From positions 62,001 to 126,000 of the forward strand of contig NW_025765054.1 of NCBI RefSeq assembly GCF_003918875.1: a stretch of DNA of 64,000 nt, given 5' to 3'. Origin of the DNA: Haliotis rubra (lineage: Eukaryota). The notes beneath the pieces were generated by a model. It was not told the DNA's origin. It did not search any database and saw only the letters and a list, made by a program, of their open reading frames with translations. Shown here piece after piece: positions 37,765 through 51,692 of the stretch (the first letter of the stretch is position 1; every line of letters begins with the position of its first letter). The position numbers were made by a program, and so were the translations under genes.

Positions 37765-40700
37765 TCAGGACTCGAGCTTGCCTGTGACAAGAGCAACTGA
37801 AGAAACATATCCTGTTGTCATGTTGTTTAGGAAGTTGACCTGTACCTGGTTAGCCCCAGTGACAAACATGGAGGTAGGGACTGCAAACTCCCAAACCTCC
37901 CAAAAGGTGGTGCAATTAAACTTGTCAGAATCATACAGTTTGTAAAACGAGTTCAGGCGGTGGTTGTTAAAGGTAAGATACGATACGCTGTTTGTAACAT
38001 TGGTTGGCCAGCTGGTTGAAACTCTCATTCTTGCACTGTAATACTGGCCTTTCGGTAGTTTTATTTCTGTCAAAGCCAAGTTGCCCTTTACTGGTATAAG
38101 TGTATCGGCGCCGTAGAATGTGGTTTCGTTGAGTGTGACTCTAGGTAGCTGGTTTGAGGTGGTCTTGAATGTAAAGTGACATGTTGCCTCAGGGGGAAGT
38201 TCGAGAATTCCCTTTGTCTTCTGGATGTCGAAGGGTGTATTGAAGGTCATGATCGGATACCAGTTGTCTTTGATGGTGATACAAGTAGCTTGTCCAGTAG
38301 TTGCTTTCATCCAGTCGTCTTGAAATACTAACTGGACATTTTGTGTTTTCTGAGAATAGCTATGCAAGAGAACGACAGTTTCATTATGCAAGCAACTGGA
38401 CATTACTAATGGTGACACTGCTCGTTCCTCTCCGTCATATTGGCTGGTAGTTCTGATAAAGGAGTAGTCTGGAGTGAATTTGTACCAAAACTTGTAGACG
38501 TCAGCAATACGTGTAGCGTTTCCTTGTTGGGTGAAAAGTGACCAGTTGAGACTATCATGTTCACTGGCTAAAAGAAACACCACTGTTCTGTCAATGTATT
38601 CCCTGAGACTTAGTTGGGTAAATCTGTGGGCATTGCAGTGGTATATTGTTGAAAAGTCTACTATACCCGATGGAGCAAATTTGTCAATTCCCAGCACAAT
38701 ATCGCGACCATACTCGGTGATAACAAGGGGGACCTGCTTCCCTGTTCTACGAGAGGCATAACCTTCCACAAGGTCGACAAATGCTACCAGACGTGCTTCA
38801 TTCATTCCAGTAAGATTGTGAGATTTCCCCGACACGATCAGTGAGTTGTACGAATGGAAGGAAAATTCATCCAGATAGCCTTGTGTGTGGTCCATGAAAT
38901 AGGCCACGTTTTTCCAATACGAAAAGTCGTTTCTATCTGCCAACCCAGTTTCTCCGTCAAGTGTAGGACCATTTACCTTGATGTTAAATCGAGCATGGAG
39001 TTTCTCAGCAACTAACTTGTGGAAGATGGCAACAGTAGTAAAATTCCAGATGTAAAACTTAGCGTCCGGTTCATTTATTGGCTCAAAGTAGGGTGGGATC
39101 TCTCCATTGGTGTAGTCATATACTCCTTGCACCATCAACATTATGAACTCTGAAGCAGCATCAATGTTGTTAGGGAACTGACCATCATGTTCTGACTGAT
39201 TTATCCAACTAGGCCAGTTATGAGCTAAAATCAACAAAATACGGAACATGAAATTAACATAAAAACATATTTCTGCTTTCAATATAATATGCACATTCCT
39301 GTTTGATATAATTTCATCCTACGAAAATTCATTTTCTCCATTACTGAGTGCCTTGTTTGGAAACCTGCATGATTGCTTAAGTTGGTTTTAACAACATTTT
39401 AACAGTATTCCTGTTCTTCATGGCGTGTCAGATTCATATCAGAGGAGATTCTGCATATGGCATGCACTATGTTGGTCAAATCCATAAGCACGATGTGTTG
39501 CTGATGAAAAAGGAATCGTAGTCAGGGCGAACATCGATTCGAACCAACGATGATGGGTTTCTGGCATGCCCACGGGACACTGCTCTGAAGAACCACGATT
39601 TGGCCAACCATAGATGATAACTGAATTGCTTTTAAACACTTACACGTAGCTTTAGGAAAGGATATCATTTTCATCTCACCAGGATACATGAAATTGATTC
39701 TCATGATTTGACATTCATACATTGGTATTGTTTAAGAGCCAGTGTTATACGGTTAGCAGCAATGTTTCACTCGTCATACATTGTACCTTTAGAGTCATTG
39801 AGGGGCGTGGTGATTACACCGAGGGAACTCTCCTATACAAATTCAAATATGGATTACTGTTACCGAGAGGTGGATATTACCACAATTGTCTTCATTGTCA
39901 CAACAACTGCTCTTGTATTATACCGTACTTATATTAAGTATGTACTTACACACCATTTTGTACTGCCATTGTGATACCTTTGCACTGATTTGTGAACATA
40001 GTTGATTTTAGAATACAGTTGAAAACTGTTGTGTCGCATCCCATCGTTGCAGGTTGTTGAGAAAGTCAAGGGTTAACAAAATATCCCAAGGTTGACCTCA
40101 CAACTGTACTTTTCGCGGTATTTTAATGGAGCGACATTGTCCGTGTACATCTCAAGGGCCCGCTAGGTGGCGCCCCTGCCACTGTCATTGAGTAAGTTCC
40201 CCTTTGCATTGATTTGTGAAAGAAGTTGATTTGAGAATACAATTGTTAATTGCATCATTTGTTTGTTGTTTGTTGGTTTAATACGTAGTTCTCCCACCGT
40301 CTGATTAACGGTAAATGTTCAGTGTCAACATGGGAATCAACATTAACAACATATATTATTATCCGTCTCGACAGTTGAGTACAATGCACCATACATGTCT
40401 GCAAACGTTTCATTTGAGACAGAGATGACTATGAATGCAGCTCTTCTAAGTTAAGTATGTTCATTGAATGTTTCTATGAAAACATGCTCACCTCTCGCCA
40501 TCATGACCATTTCGTTCGTAAAACCGCTTTCGATGTTAGAAAGATAGGCGGAGAAATATTGCTGCTGTTTGGTGAAGTTCTTCAAGTAGTTGGGTTCAGG
40601 GTAACCACTACGGTTTGGGTCCTCTGGCCACTGTACGAATTGTAAATTAAGGTACCATGATAATAAAATGTCTACGTGAAGTCATGTAACTTTGTGAATA

Positions 40701-41012
40701 ATTATTTCTTTGCTGTTCTGGACAATACGTGAGAGCTTCTTTCCCTTCAGTAAGTGAAAACATGAAAATTCACCAAACAAGAAACTAATTAATATTAATA
40801 AAGGTTGATGTGTTAATGCTCTCACAACTGCAATTACAAGACACTGATTTGCATTGATCTTTTCTAAATATCATAGTTATATTGAGGATATTAATTCAGC
40901 ATTTGGCCATGACCACTCTACCATGAGAGTGTATCCGTATGGGCGTAATTGTGTGCGTGTATGCCTGTGTGTGTGCGTGTATGTCCATGTTTTTGTTCTA
41001 CTTCTTACCCGT

Positions 41013-41052
<40 letters not shown>

Positions 41053-42587
41053 GAGACACACATTTATCTGTGTGCTTGTATGTGTATGTCTTTGTTTTGT
41101 GACACATGTTTTGTGACACACGTACATACATACAAGTTAACTTCCCATTCGTCTGTATTGTTGCTAGGCAAAGACTACCGACGTCACCTTTCCAAACCAT
41201 CTTGACGGGGGAGAGTGAGTGAGTGATTTGAGTTTTACGCCGCACTCAGCAATATTCCAGCTATATGGCGGCGGTCTGTAAATAATCGAGTCTGGACCAG
41301 ACAAGCCAGTGATCAACAGCATGAGCATCGATCTGCGCAATTGGGATACGATGACATGTGTCAACCAAGTTAGCGAGCCTGACCACCCGATCCCGTTAGT
41401 CGCCTCTTACGACAAGCATGGGTTACTCAAGGTCGATATTCTAACCCGGACCTTTAGGGGTAATCTTGACGGGGGAGAATATACGGGAATAAGTTGGAGT
41501 AGAAAACAGGTATGTGTTGCTATTATTTTAGCATTAGCATTGAGACGAGACTCAAATCTGATTTGTAATTTACATGTAGACAATATTTCAAATGGTTTCA
41601 CAACGCCCACCAAGGTTGAAATCTCCTTCTGGGGAATACATTCATATCAATCTGGATTAGAGCTGGCTATGAGGTGAAACCTGCTATGAGGTGAAACAAA
41701 GGCTGAAACACGGGGCAATGTATGGAAACTGGAAGTTCACAGATAAAAGTTGCAGAGTTTAACATTGGCCTGACTTCGTACAAATGCGAGGTACGTGTTA
41801 CGAAAGCCTGGTGCTGCCACGTATGTAGCATTAAGTGCTTTTAATTGAAATGTATTGTTGTTTCAAGTTTTCTTCACTCTGCTTGAATTATTCTTTTTTT
41901 CCGCTATTTTCTCTGTTCACTTCAATTAGTGTCATGTTACTTCACGGTTCTTTTTTCAAGAATTTGAAATTTCGATTATTTTTACGTTATTTAAGTTTTT
42001 TCTTGCTGCTACGATTATTTTCTCGCTGGGTCGATTATATTCTCATTTCTCATTCGATTAATATTTCGAAGATTTTTATATTATATCAAGTTTCTTTCAC
42101 AAACTCGAACTTTTATATTTTTGAAAGTTGAAACAGTGAGAAAATAACTAAAGCAAACGGAAAATACTCGAAATTTCAAGTTTGTGAAAGGAACGAGTAA
42201 ATAATCATGTTTTACAAAAGATTTAATGTATCTCGAATTTATTTATCAATTTGTAAATCTGTTATTAGAAACTAATATATGTTACAAGTTTGAAACAGTA
42301 TACATGAGCTGGAAAGGAAAAAAATCAAATTAAATAGAAAATCTCACATCTTGGAAGAGTCGGTTACTATAATCTTCATGTATCCAGCGTCCACTGTCAG
42401 TCCCAAGGCTCCGACAGTCGGCCATTAGGGACTCCGGTTCAAGACCATTGTGCTTGTTCCACCTGTCAGTCTCATAGACAACACTACGTCCCTGTGCCAG
42501 CCACTGGGGATAAATCGTTAAAGTTGCGTCACTGTTTACACAATCTATTGCCAGGAACACGGCGAAAAAGACCAGTGTCAATTTCAT
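37765..42587 (-). CDS. GH86-like paralog copy 5, intact, 612 aa, secreted
   Basis: Exons 42587-42348, 40630-40492, 39224-37765 (1839 nt). Signal peptide MKLTLVFFAVFLAIDCVNS; PINEP, FSFHSY and ITEYG; 4-aa in-frame loop deletion (LLASEHDS). Confidence 0.9.
39430..40030. repeat. ~600-bp unclassified repeat, second copy at ~43050-43650
   Basis: Shared gctgatgaaaaaggaatcgtagtcagg...cacgggacactgctctga...gtacctttagagtcattgagggc...ccattttgtactgccattgtgatac. Confidence 0.8.
41014..41046. repeat. (CA)n microsatellite
   Basis: Perfect CA run; another at ~45144-45181. Confidence 0.95.
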
Positions 42588-42644
42588 TGTTGCTTGAATG
42601 GCATGTACCATCATGAAGAGTTGAAGAAATGTATGGAGTTGTGA

Positions 42645-42775
42645 CAGCCTATATAGTCAGAATTCACAGGCATTATCTCTGGCCTTGACACTGCCGTTCT
42701 GTAAATGTGATAAGATAAAAACACTACTGTGTAGGTAGGGTGACGCAGTGGCAATAAGTGCAAGTCACTGTCCAC
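42645..42775 (-). promoter_or_regulatory. Putative promoter of copy 5 (TATATA 42655-42650, TCAAGGCCA, TGATAAG)
   Basis: Colinear with the modules upstream of copies 4, 6 and 7. Confidence 0.55.
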
Positions 42776-43859
42776 CAACCAGCTGTATTCAGTTAACATT
42801 GAGCAATTTACAATATTTGTTGGTGACTTCCTTTCACAACCTTTGCTAAGGACACTTGAAACCACAACGAGGTGTATGAAATCACTGTACAAAGATAACT
42901 GCAACTACACTGTAATATTCATAACTTTAACTGAATAGACTAGAGGTCACAAGCAAAGTTACTCTTGTCTTTCTTTAAATAGTTTGACCTTACATTATTG
43001 AGCCTTTTTATACGATTTGACAATCAGTATTTACCACATAAAAGGTGAGATACTGAAGTAATGCAGGTGGCATGTACCATGTTTGTCAAACTCATGAGCA
43101 CGATGTTTTGCTGATGAAAAAGGAATCGTAGTCAGGAAGTACATCGATTCGAACAAACGATGATAGGTGTGTTGCATGCCCACGGGACACTGCTCTGACG
43201 AACCACGATTTTGCCATCCATAGATGAAAACTAAATTGCTTATAAACATTTGCCTCTAAATGAATAACTTGGCTTTTGGTAAGGACCTCATTTGCACCTT
43301 ACCAGGATACATGTAATTGATTCTCTTAATTTGTCAAGTGTATTTGTTAATGCATAGGCATAGTTTAAGAGGCAGTGTAATACGGTGAGCAGCAATGTTC
43401 ACTCGCCATACATTGTACCTTTAGAGTCATTGAGGGCGTGGTGATTACATCTAAAAAAACACTGCTAGACTTTTTTCAAAGATGGATTACTGTTACCGAG
43501 AGGTAGATATTACCACAATTGTCTTTATTGTCACAACAACTGCCCTTGTATTATACCGTACTTATATTAATTGTGTACTTACACACCATTTTGTACTGCC
43601 ATTGTGATACATTTTCAATGATTTGTGAATATGGTAGATTTTAGAATACAATAGTCAATTGCATCACATTTGTTTGTGTGTTGGTTTCACACGTAGTTCT
43701 CCCACATAAAGGGTGTTGTAGACCGTATTGTATATGGAGGACTCTGCGTGACATATTTGTAAAGTATGACAACAGTTTTCGTCTTTGATAAAGAACTTTA
43801 CAGAGAGGAAGCAATGTGTAAAACGTTTGGAAACAGAGTGGTCATTTCGGAAGTAGAAC

Positions 43860-44200
43860 ACATAGGATCAAATCAGCATAGGCGATGTGTACCGTGTTGA
43901 AAACTATTGTGAGCAAAAAAGGATAAATTGACTGTTGGAGACAGATGGCGACTTGATACACTCTCATCTATAACATGACCCACGAACCAAGGAAAATAGG
44001 CATGGAATGATTGATAGATGAACAGTTGATGTTTCTGAAGAGACGTTGTGAACGCATTTGCAGGCAATGGATTGGTAGACATCACCTCATATAAACATCG
44101 AGAAAAACGTTGGAACTGATGCTTTCGACTGTGACATGGTGATGTTTTCAGATAAATTAGGGCAACCTGAACTTCCAATTTGGATGGGACGGACATCTTA
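43860..44200 (-). mobile_element. Tc1/mariner transposase remnant
   Basis: Similar in character to the other Tc1 remnants (HTH and VLLPK.PLCFQTF region), heavily degraded; ends unclear. Confidence 0.45.
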
Positions 44201-44582
44201 TGAACGCACCATCATTTAAACACAACGCACGGGATGCACGTGCCCAACGCAGTAGCCCTATACGCGTTCATGGGGTGTCATTCTTGATTTTGACGGTTTT
44301 CAAGATGGTCGATAAATAACTGCAGACCATTAATTTTGACAATCAGCTTGCATCACATAGTTGTCAGTGTTTACTTCTATTCGTTTCGTTTTGTTTGAAA
44401 ACTGAAAATCATGTACATGCTAATTTCACGTCATACACGAATCATCTTTCAAGAGCGATTACTGTACAAACAACTACGGTCATAAGGAGGTGCAAGTGGT
44501 GATGCACTCTCTAAACGTCCATATAAGTAGCAGTCATGTTTCAAAAATATTCATCAAAGCACAAGTGTTCTGTATTGATCTT

Positions 44583-44751
44583 NNNNNNNNNNNNNNNNNN
44601 NNNNNNNNNNNNNNNNNNNNNNNNNNNNNNNNNNNNNNNNNNNNNNNNNNNNNNNNNNNNNNNNNNNNNNNNNNNNNNNNNNNNNNNNNNNNNNNNNNNN
44701 NNNNNNNNNNNNNNNNNNNNNNNNNNNNNNNNNNNNNNNNNNNNNNNNNNN
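44583..44751. other. Assembly gap (169 N)
   Basis: Run of n between copies 5 and 6. Confidence 1.
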
Positions 44752-45140
44752 AATATGATTGATAATATGATATGATGCACCATGGTATCTCAGTGAGACA
44801 ACACTTAAAATCCGGCATAAGTCTGTACCAGCACAAACACAAACACACACAAGAGAGTGTTAACAACTAACACCTTAAACAAGGTATTACAGTCGTGCAT
44901 GACAACCCATGGATCCTACCAAACCGGGCCACAGACTGGGCTTGAGATGGCTAATCTTATACCTGTTCATCATAATTCTTATGCGTTTGTGTCCGGCATG
45001 TGCGCGTTCATGCATGCCTGCACAAATTAGTGTATGTTGTTGGAATTTGGTGTATATGTACAGCAGGTTATTTTCACATCCAGTGAAAGCTATATTTGTC
45101 ACACTTGTGCAAAAACGTTGCACTGTGCTGTGATAAATTA

Positions 45141-45183
<43 letters not shown>

Positions 45184-45410
45184 AGGCTGCATCTACACGA
45201 TTGTTGCAGCTGTTGTTAAACAAACTGTTTCTCTAATGATCTGGAAAAACAACAATAGCATGACACTTATTGATTAGATGTATTGAATGCTGTCTTCTGT
45301 CCAAATACATGTACCTAAGAATAAAACAAAAGCATGACACTCATAGATGAAATGTACTGAATAATTTCACATTTGAGACATCTCTCAGAATAAGTATCAT
45401 TATTAAGTCT

Positions 45411-48400
45411 TCAATCTGATTGGATAAGCTTGCCTGTGACAAGAGCAACTGAAGAAACATATCCCGTAGTCATGCTGCTTGAGAAGTGGATCTGTACCTG
45501 GTTAGTCCCCGTTACAAACATGTAGGGAGGAACTACGAACTCCCAAACCTCCCAGTAAGTGGTACGGGCAAACTTGTCGGAGTCATACAGCTTGTGGAAA
45601 GCATCAAGGCGATGGCGGTTAAAGGAAAGGTATGATACACTGTTAGTTTCACTGATTAGCCAACTGGTTGAAACTCTCAGCCTGGCACTCTGATATTGTC
45701 CATTTGGTAGAGATATTACTGTCGAGACTACATTGCCGTTGATTGGTATGAGTGTGTCAGATCCGTAGTATGTGGTTTCGTTCAGTGTGGCACTAGGTAG
45801 CTGGTCTGATGGTGTCTTGAATGTAAAGTGACATGTTGCTTCTGGAGGCATATTTACAATTCCTTGGGTCTTCTGGATGTCGAACGACTCATTGAAGGTG
45901 ATGACTGGATACCAGTTATCCTTGATGGTGATACAAGTAGCTTCCCCCGAGGTTGGTTTGATCCAGTTATTTTCAAAGTCTAGTTTGACAGCCTGCGACT
46001 TCTGAGAATAGCTGTGCAAGAGAATGACTGTTTCGTTATCCAGTGGGCTAGACATTGCTAAGGGAGACACGGTTCGCTCCGCTCCATCATACTGGCTGGT
46101 AGTTCTGATAAAGGAGTATCCCGACATGAATTTGTACCAAAACTTGAAGACGTCGACTATGCGAGTGGCGTTTCCTTGAAGTGTGAAAAGTGACCAATTG
46201 AGACTATCATGTCCTGGGTATTTTTCGTTGGCTAAAAGAAACACCACTGCCCTGTCGATGTATTCCCTAAGACCCAGCTGAGTAAATCTGTGGGCATTTG
46301 CTTGGTATATCGTTGAAAAGTCAACTATTCCTGATGGGGCATATTTGTCAATTCCTGTCACAGGTCCGCGGCCATATTCACTGATAACAAGGGGGATAAT
46401 CTTTCCGGTTTTCTTAGAGGCATAGCTTTCAACAAGGTCGACGAATGCAACCAAGCGTGCCTCATTCATACCAGTAAGATTGTGAGATTTTCCAGAAACA
46501 ACGAGTGAATTGTACGAATGAAACGAAAAGACATCTATATATCCTAAAGTGACGTCCATGAAATCTGCCACTCTTTGCCAGTATGAAAAGTTGTATCTGT
46601 CCGACAATCCAGTTTCTCCATCGAGTGTTGGACCAGACACTTTGATGTTAAATCTGGAATGGAGTTTCTCAGCAACTGATTTATGAAACTTGGCAACGGT
46701 GGTGAAATTCAATATACGCCCTTTACCATCCGGTTCATTTATTGACTCAAAGTAGTGTGGTATTTGTCCCTTTGTGTAGTCATAAACTCCCTGCACCATC
46801 AACATCATGAACTCTGCAGCAGCATCGACATCGTTCGGAAACTGACCTATATGTTCAGACGTGTTTATCCAACTCGGCCAATAAAGACCTGTAAAATATT
46901 ATAATTTTTGTATGAATTTGGCAATGGCTGAAATAAAACGGTTTGACAAGGTCTGGAATAGAAGAATGTTACTGTCAAAGAATTAATGACGCGGAATATA
47001 TCAGTCAGAGAAAGAAAAAATAATGCTGATGAAGAAAACGACCCTTTCAAACATTGACGTGGCTTTTTTGTCGATCGTTCCGGTAAGATTACATTATATT
47101 TTTTGTGTGGTGTTTAAAGAAAGAACATTCCAGTATTCATTATAATTTGTTGTTTTAATGTAGGTTATCACATTTAGTATTTCTATGAAAGCATTTTACA
47201 ATAATTATTTTGTTTCAAGAATGAACGATAATAACAGCACCAAATGTTTTTAGGTCAGTGAATAAAAATTCAACAAAAACATTAACTATATTTAGGTAAG
47301 TTTCTTTTTAAAATCAACTTTGAGTCACATTGTCGACTGCCTTTTGGTGGAACACTAACGTGATAGGGAGACACGATACATCTGCTTTCTTGACTCATCC
47401 TCATCAAGGATGGGTTTCAATCCTTATAGGGTGGTAAGTGTTATATATGTGACAGGCAAAGATAGTTATTTTGATTAATTGCTTATTGTCTGGCAAATAA
47501 GGTCCCTTATGAGTGAGTGAGTGAGTTGGGCTTTACGCCGCTTTTACCAATATTCCAGCAATAACACGCATTGTGCCCATGTGGGGAATCGAACCCGTGT
47601 TTTCTGCATAAAAAGCGAACGCTTTACCCGCTATGAGTAGGAACAGTTTTTGATGAACTCTACACATCATAACAACTTGCTCAGTAATCGGTGGCCTATA
47701 GTTTCCCCAAAATGTAGGTAAGTGTAAGGGACACGTGAAAGCACTTCTCAACTCTGAATATTTTAAAAATGATGTAAAGAGATTGTATCCTTGCGTATTT
47801 CCGTATCGTTCACATTTGATTTCGGGAAATTTATGGAATATGTTTGTTGTTTATAGCAACCTTCAGCAATATCTAAGCTCCATAACGATGGTCAGCAAAT
47901 AATAGGGTTTTGTTCAGAATAACTAGTGGTTGTAATTATGAGAAATGGCCAGCGTGAAAAACTGATTCGCATCATACGATATAGACCGCCTTGTGGAACA
48001 ACAGGCAAACATAGCAAAATCTCTAAAACGCAAGTTCAGGTTCACATTAAGATATTTTGACTTTACCACAACGTTGGTTATTACTGATGGTTTTATACAT
48101 GATTGGGACGATGACCAACAGTGGGCTGTGTTCTCCCAGAGTGCTCTAATGGGGAAGACCCGTGAAAATCCGGGCTAGAAATCATCTTCAGTAACCCATG
48201 GTTGTCGTAAGAGGCGACAACGGCATCGGGTGGTCAGGCTCGCTGGCTTGGTTGACACATGTCATCGTATCCCAATTACGTAGGTTGATGCACATGCTGT
48301 TGATCACTGGATTGTCTGGTCCAGACTCTATTATTTACAGACCGCCGTCACATAGATGAGTGCGGTGTAAAACTAAACTCACTCACTTACTCTAATGGGG

Positions 48401-50867
48401 AAACATGTTCTTGTCCCAAATAGAAAACTCTTACCTCCTGCCATCATTATCATGTCATTTTCATAGCCACTGTTGATGTTCTCAACGTAACTGGAGAACA
48501 TTTTCTGCTGAAAGGTGACGTTCTTCAGATGGTTGGGATCAGGGTAGCCACTACGGTTTGGGTCCTCTGGCCACTGCAATCAATAATTATCTATATCCTC
48601 AGGGCTAACAGTTTGGTACGTTTTCACTAACCCCTCAAATCACCAACCCTTGACTTCCAGTTTGATTATCTACACTACTATACTGAACCACTATAGAAAT
48701 GTCGTACCGATAGCAGTTTCTTAAAGCACACACTTTAATTCACTGTTCTTAACAATCAACACGGAGGACTGAGTTCAAACTTGGTTAACACATTTTCGGG
48801 AATCACATATAGAGTTAACACAAACAACATCACCAAAAATGGTGCCATTAAGATACCCCAAAGTCAGTATTATGTGTGGCCTCCATGGGCATCGATGAAA
48901 GCGTTGCATCGTCTGTACATGAAATCAATTAGCCGGTTGCTGAAGGCCATAGGCTCTTGTGTCCATACTCTTTGAAATGCCTGATCGAGTCCAGCTGCAA
49001 TTGTCGGCCTTGGTTGGAGGTCATTCAGTCTTCTTTGAAGCTCGTCCCAAAGGTGTTCTATTGGACTTAAAATCCGGACTGAGTGCAGGCTATTGCAGGG
49101 TGTTTTTAGGCCATGTTGTTTTGGAAGTCAAATTTTGCTCTGGCAGTGTGGGCACGAGCGTTGTCTTGCTGCAAGTTGTGAATTCTGTAACGTACAAAAT
49201 TTGGTACAACGTGGGGTGTGATGACTTGGTCAATATAGCGAGCAGCTGTCACGTCATTTCTTCATCCTGGACCAAGATTCTGGAACTCAACGGTGTCAAC
49301 TAACTGGTTCAGACCGAATGCACCCCACACCGTGATGCTTGGACCACACCAAGTGTCTCTTTCAATGGTACACTCATTGGAAAACAGTTCCCCATGCCTT
49401 CACCATATCACTCTGCCATCGACTGTCGAAACACAACATCGGCTTTCATGAGATAAAAGCACAGTTCTCCATTGTCGATAACGCCAATGTTAATGCTGAG
49501 TTGTCCATTGCAGTCGGTTTGGGCGGTAATGAGCTGTGAGGACAGGACCACGATACGGTCTTTGACAGCAGAGATTTTTTCTGCGCAAACGTCGACGCAC
49601 TGTATCGGCACTGATGGGTCTGTTGTGAGTCCCAATGGTCTGGCATACTGTTTCAATCGCTCTGGGCGATCTTGCAGATGGTTGCGCACAATCTGTCGGT
49701 CTTGACTTTGTGATGTTACTGGAGGTCGCCCACTGCGTGGACGGTCTTGGATGCTGTTAGTCACCTGATACCTCTCCTGCAGTCGGTACATTGTCCTTAC
49801 ATGAACATTAAAATGATTGGCTCCCCTCCGTGCAGCCTGAACAACTTGCAATCGTCCAAAGACTTGGTTCCTCGGATCTCTCGTAAGTCGTGGCATGGTG
49901 ATTGTATCAAAACAAAATTGATTTCAGGCGAGTTTGGGACTTGCTTTCATATATAAGCATCTTTCCAGTAATAAACCAGCCTCGACGCTGAGATGGAAAT
50001 ATGAGCAGCCTGACGGCAAGTACTGTTACTTATTATGGAGTTTTCGAGAACTCAATACTAAAGAACCAAGTGACATGAAAAGAACATCTTCATAATTTCT
50101 CTTTGATGGAGGGCGGTGGGGTAGCCTAGTGTTTAAAGCGTTCGCTCGTCACGCCGAAGGCCCGGGTTCGATTCCCCACATGGGTACAATTTGTGAAGCC
50201 CATTTCTGGTGTGCCCCGCCGTGATATTGCTGGAATATTGCTAAAAGCGGCGTACAACCATACTCAGTCAGTCAGTCTTTGATGGTATTGGTACCCAGTG
50301 GTATTGGATACGAATTACCTCCCTTGCCCATCCCCTTTCCAAGTTGTCCAAGTAAGATAGCCTGGTTTAAAGATCAAGGATGTATGCAAGGTAATTTGCG
50401 AAGAACTACGGGAATGGAACCAGGGGCTAGTGTAGGTTTAATGTTAACAGCAAAGTATCACCTCATTCGTGTAGGACACCGTATTCCTGTAAGGGTTACA
50501 CTAAATCAATGTTTCCATTACATTGTCGCCATCACTGGCGTTTGATAATGTCAAATTTGTTTTTAACAGTGCTAGTGACAGCTTTCAGTGGCATTGATAT
50601 TTAGTATTATACGTTGGTTGTTCTCACGTCTTGGAAGAGACGATCGTTAAGATCTCTGTTATTCCAGCGCCCAGCGTCAGTCCCAATGCTCCGACATTTG
50701 GGGATGAGAGTTGTCTTATCTAGACCATTGTGCTTGTTCCATCTATTGCTGTCATAGCGAGCGCTTCCTCCCTGTGCCAGCCATTGAGGGTGGATTGTGA
50801 CAGTTGTGTCATTGTATACTCCGCCCACTGTCAAGCACAGAGTGAAAATGACCTGTGTCCACTTCAT
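45411..50867 (-). CDS. GH86-like paralog copy 6, intact, 618 aa, secreted
   Basis: Exons 50867-50628, 48573-48435, 46888-45411 (1857 nt). Signal peptide MKWTQVIFTLCLTVGGVYN; SINEP, FSFHSY and ISEYG. Confidence 0.9.
48712..49960 (-). mobile_element. Tc1/mariner element with frameshifted transposase (49896-48864) in intron 1 of copy 6
   Basis: MPRLTR...DRPRSGRP; QQDNARAH and SPDLSPIEHLW motifs; ends GGHT.Y*. Same family as 55756-57228. Confidence 0.85.
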
Positions 50868-51692
50868 TTTCTGTAACAAATATCATATTTTAATGATCTG
50901 ATTTATTTACATTTCTGCTGACCTGGGCCTCCTTTCACAAAGCACTAGGTGATCGTAAGTCACGAAGGTAACCTTAGTGCAACGTTAAAGAATGGGAGCT
51001 AAGGGTTAAGTTCAGTAAAGGTTGCTTCGTGAAAGGAGCTCCTGGCTTTTATTCACTATTAACCACCTTTTCTATGTATGTTTTCAATGTATGGCCAGGC
51101 CCCATTACAAGACATGTGACTTTTATCAGACGGAGGGGTCAAGAGGTGAACTACCCAGATCCAGTCGACCACGTGTCACAATTGAAACCCAGGACCGGTT
51201 AACACTGGTTCATGACTTATTTGATGACTCACCACAGCCGCCTCATACAGCTGGAGTACGTACTAAGATTTCAGCCCGGTCACCGAGGAACCATCTATGT
51301 GTCGCAAGTACTGAGTGTAATGATGGGACGCCATCTCATACCGGTACAACAGACTTGGTACACTCCCTGAGCACAACGTTACACCGATGACAGTTTTCGG
51401 CGACACGTCCTTCCCATTTTAGAACACGCAAACGTAATGTTTCAACACGACGACGCCCGATCTGACACAGCAAGACTTTTTGAAGAACCACAACATCCAA
51501 GTACTTACATGGACCTCTTGGTCTCCAGATCGGACAATTATGAGATGCTCGTAATCAACATCTGCGACCATGTCAGAAACAGCCACAGAACCCTAGCACT
51601 GCACAAACACTGCAGGAAGGGTGGGTGAACATTTCCCAGTACACAATTGGTGATCTGATTGGTTCGATAGGGCGACTATACCAGGCAGTTCT

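Noticed and set aside
41164-41677. Repeated small ORFs such as MINSMSIDLRNWDTMTCVNQVSEPDHPIPLVASYDKH as a peptide family
   Set aside because: Incidental frames of the SINE-like family; stops and indels differ among copies.
44490-44866. ORFs spanning poly-X
   Set aside because: Artefacts of the N gap.
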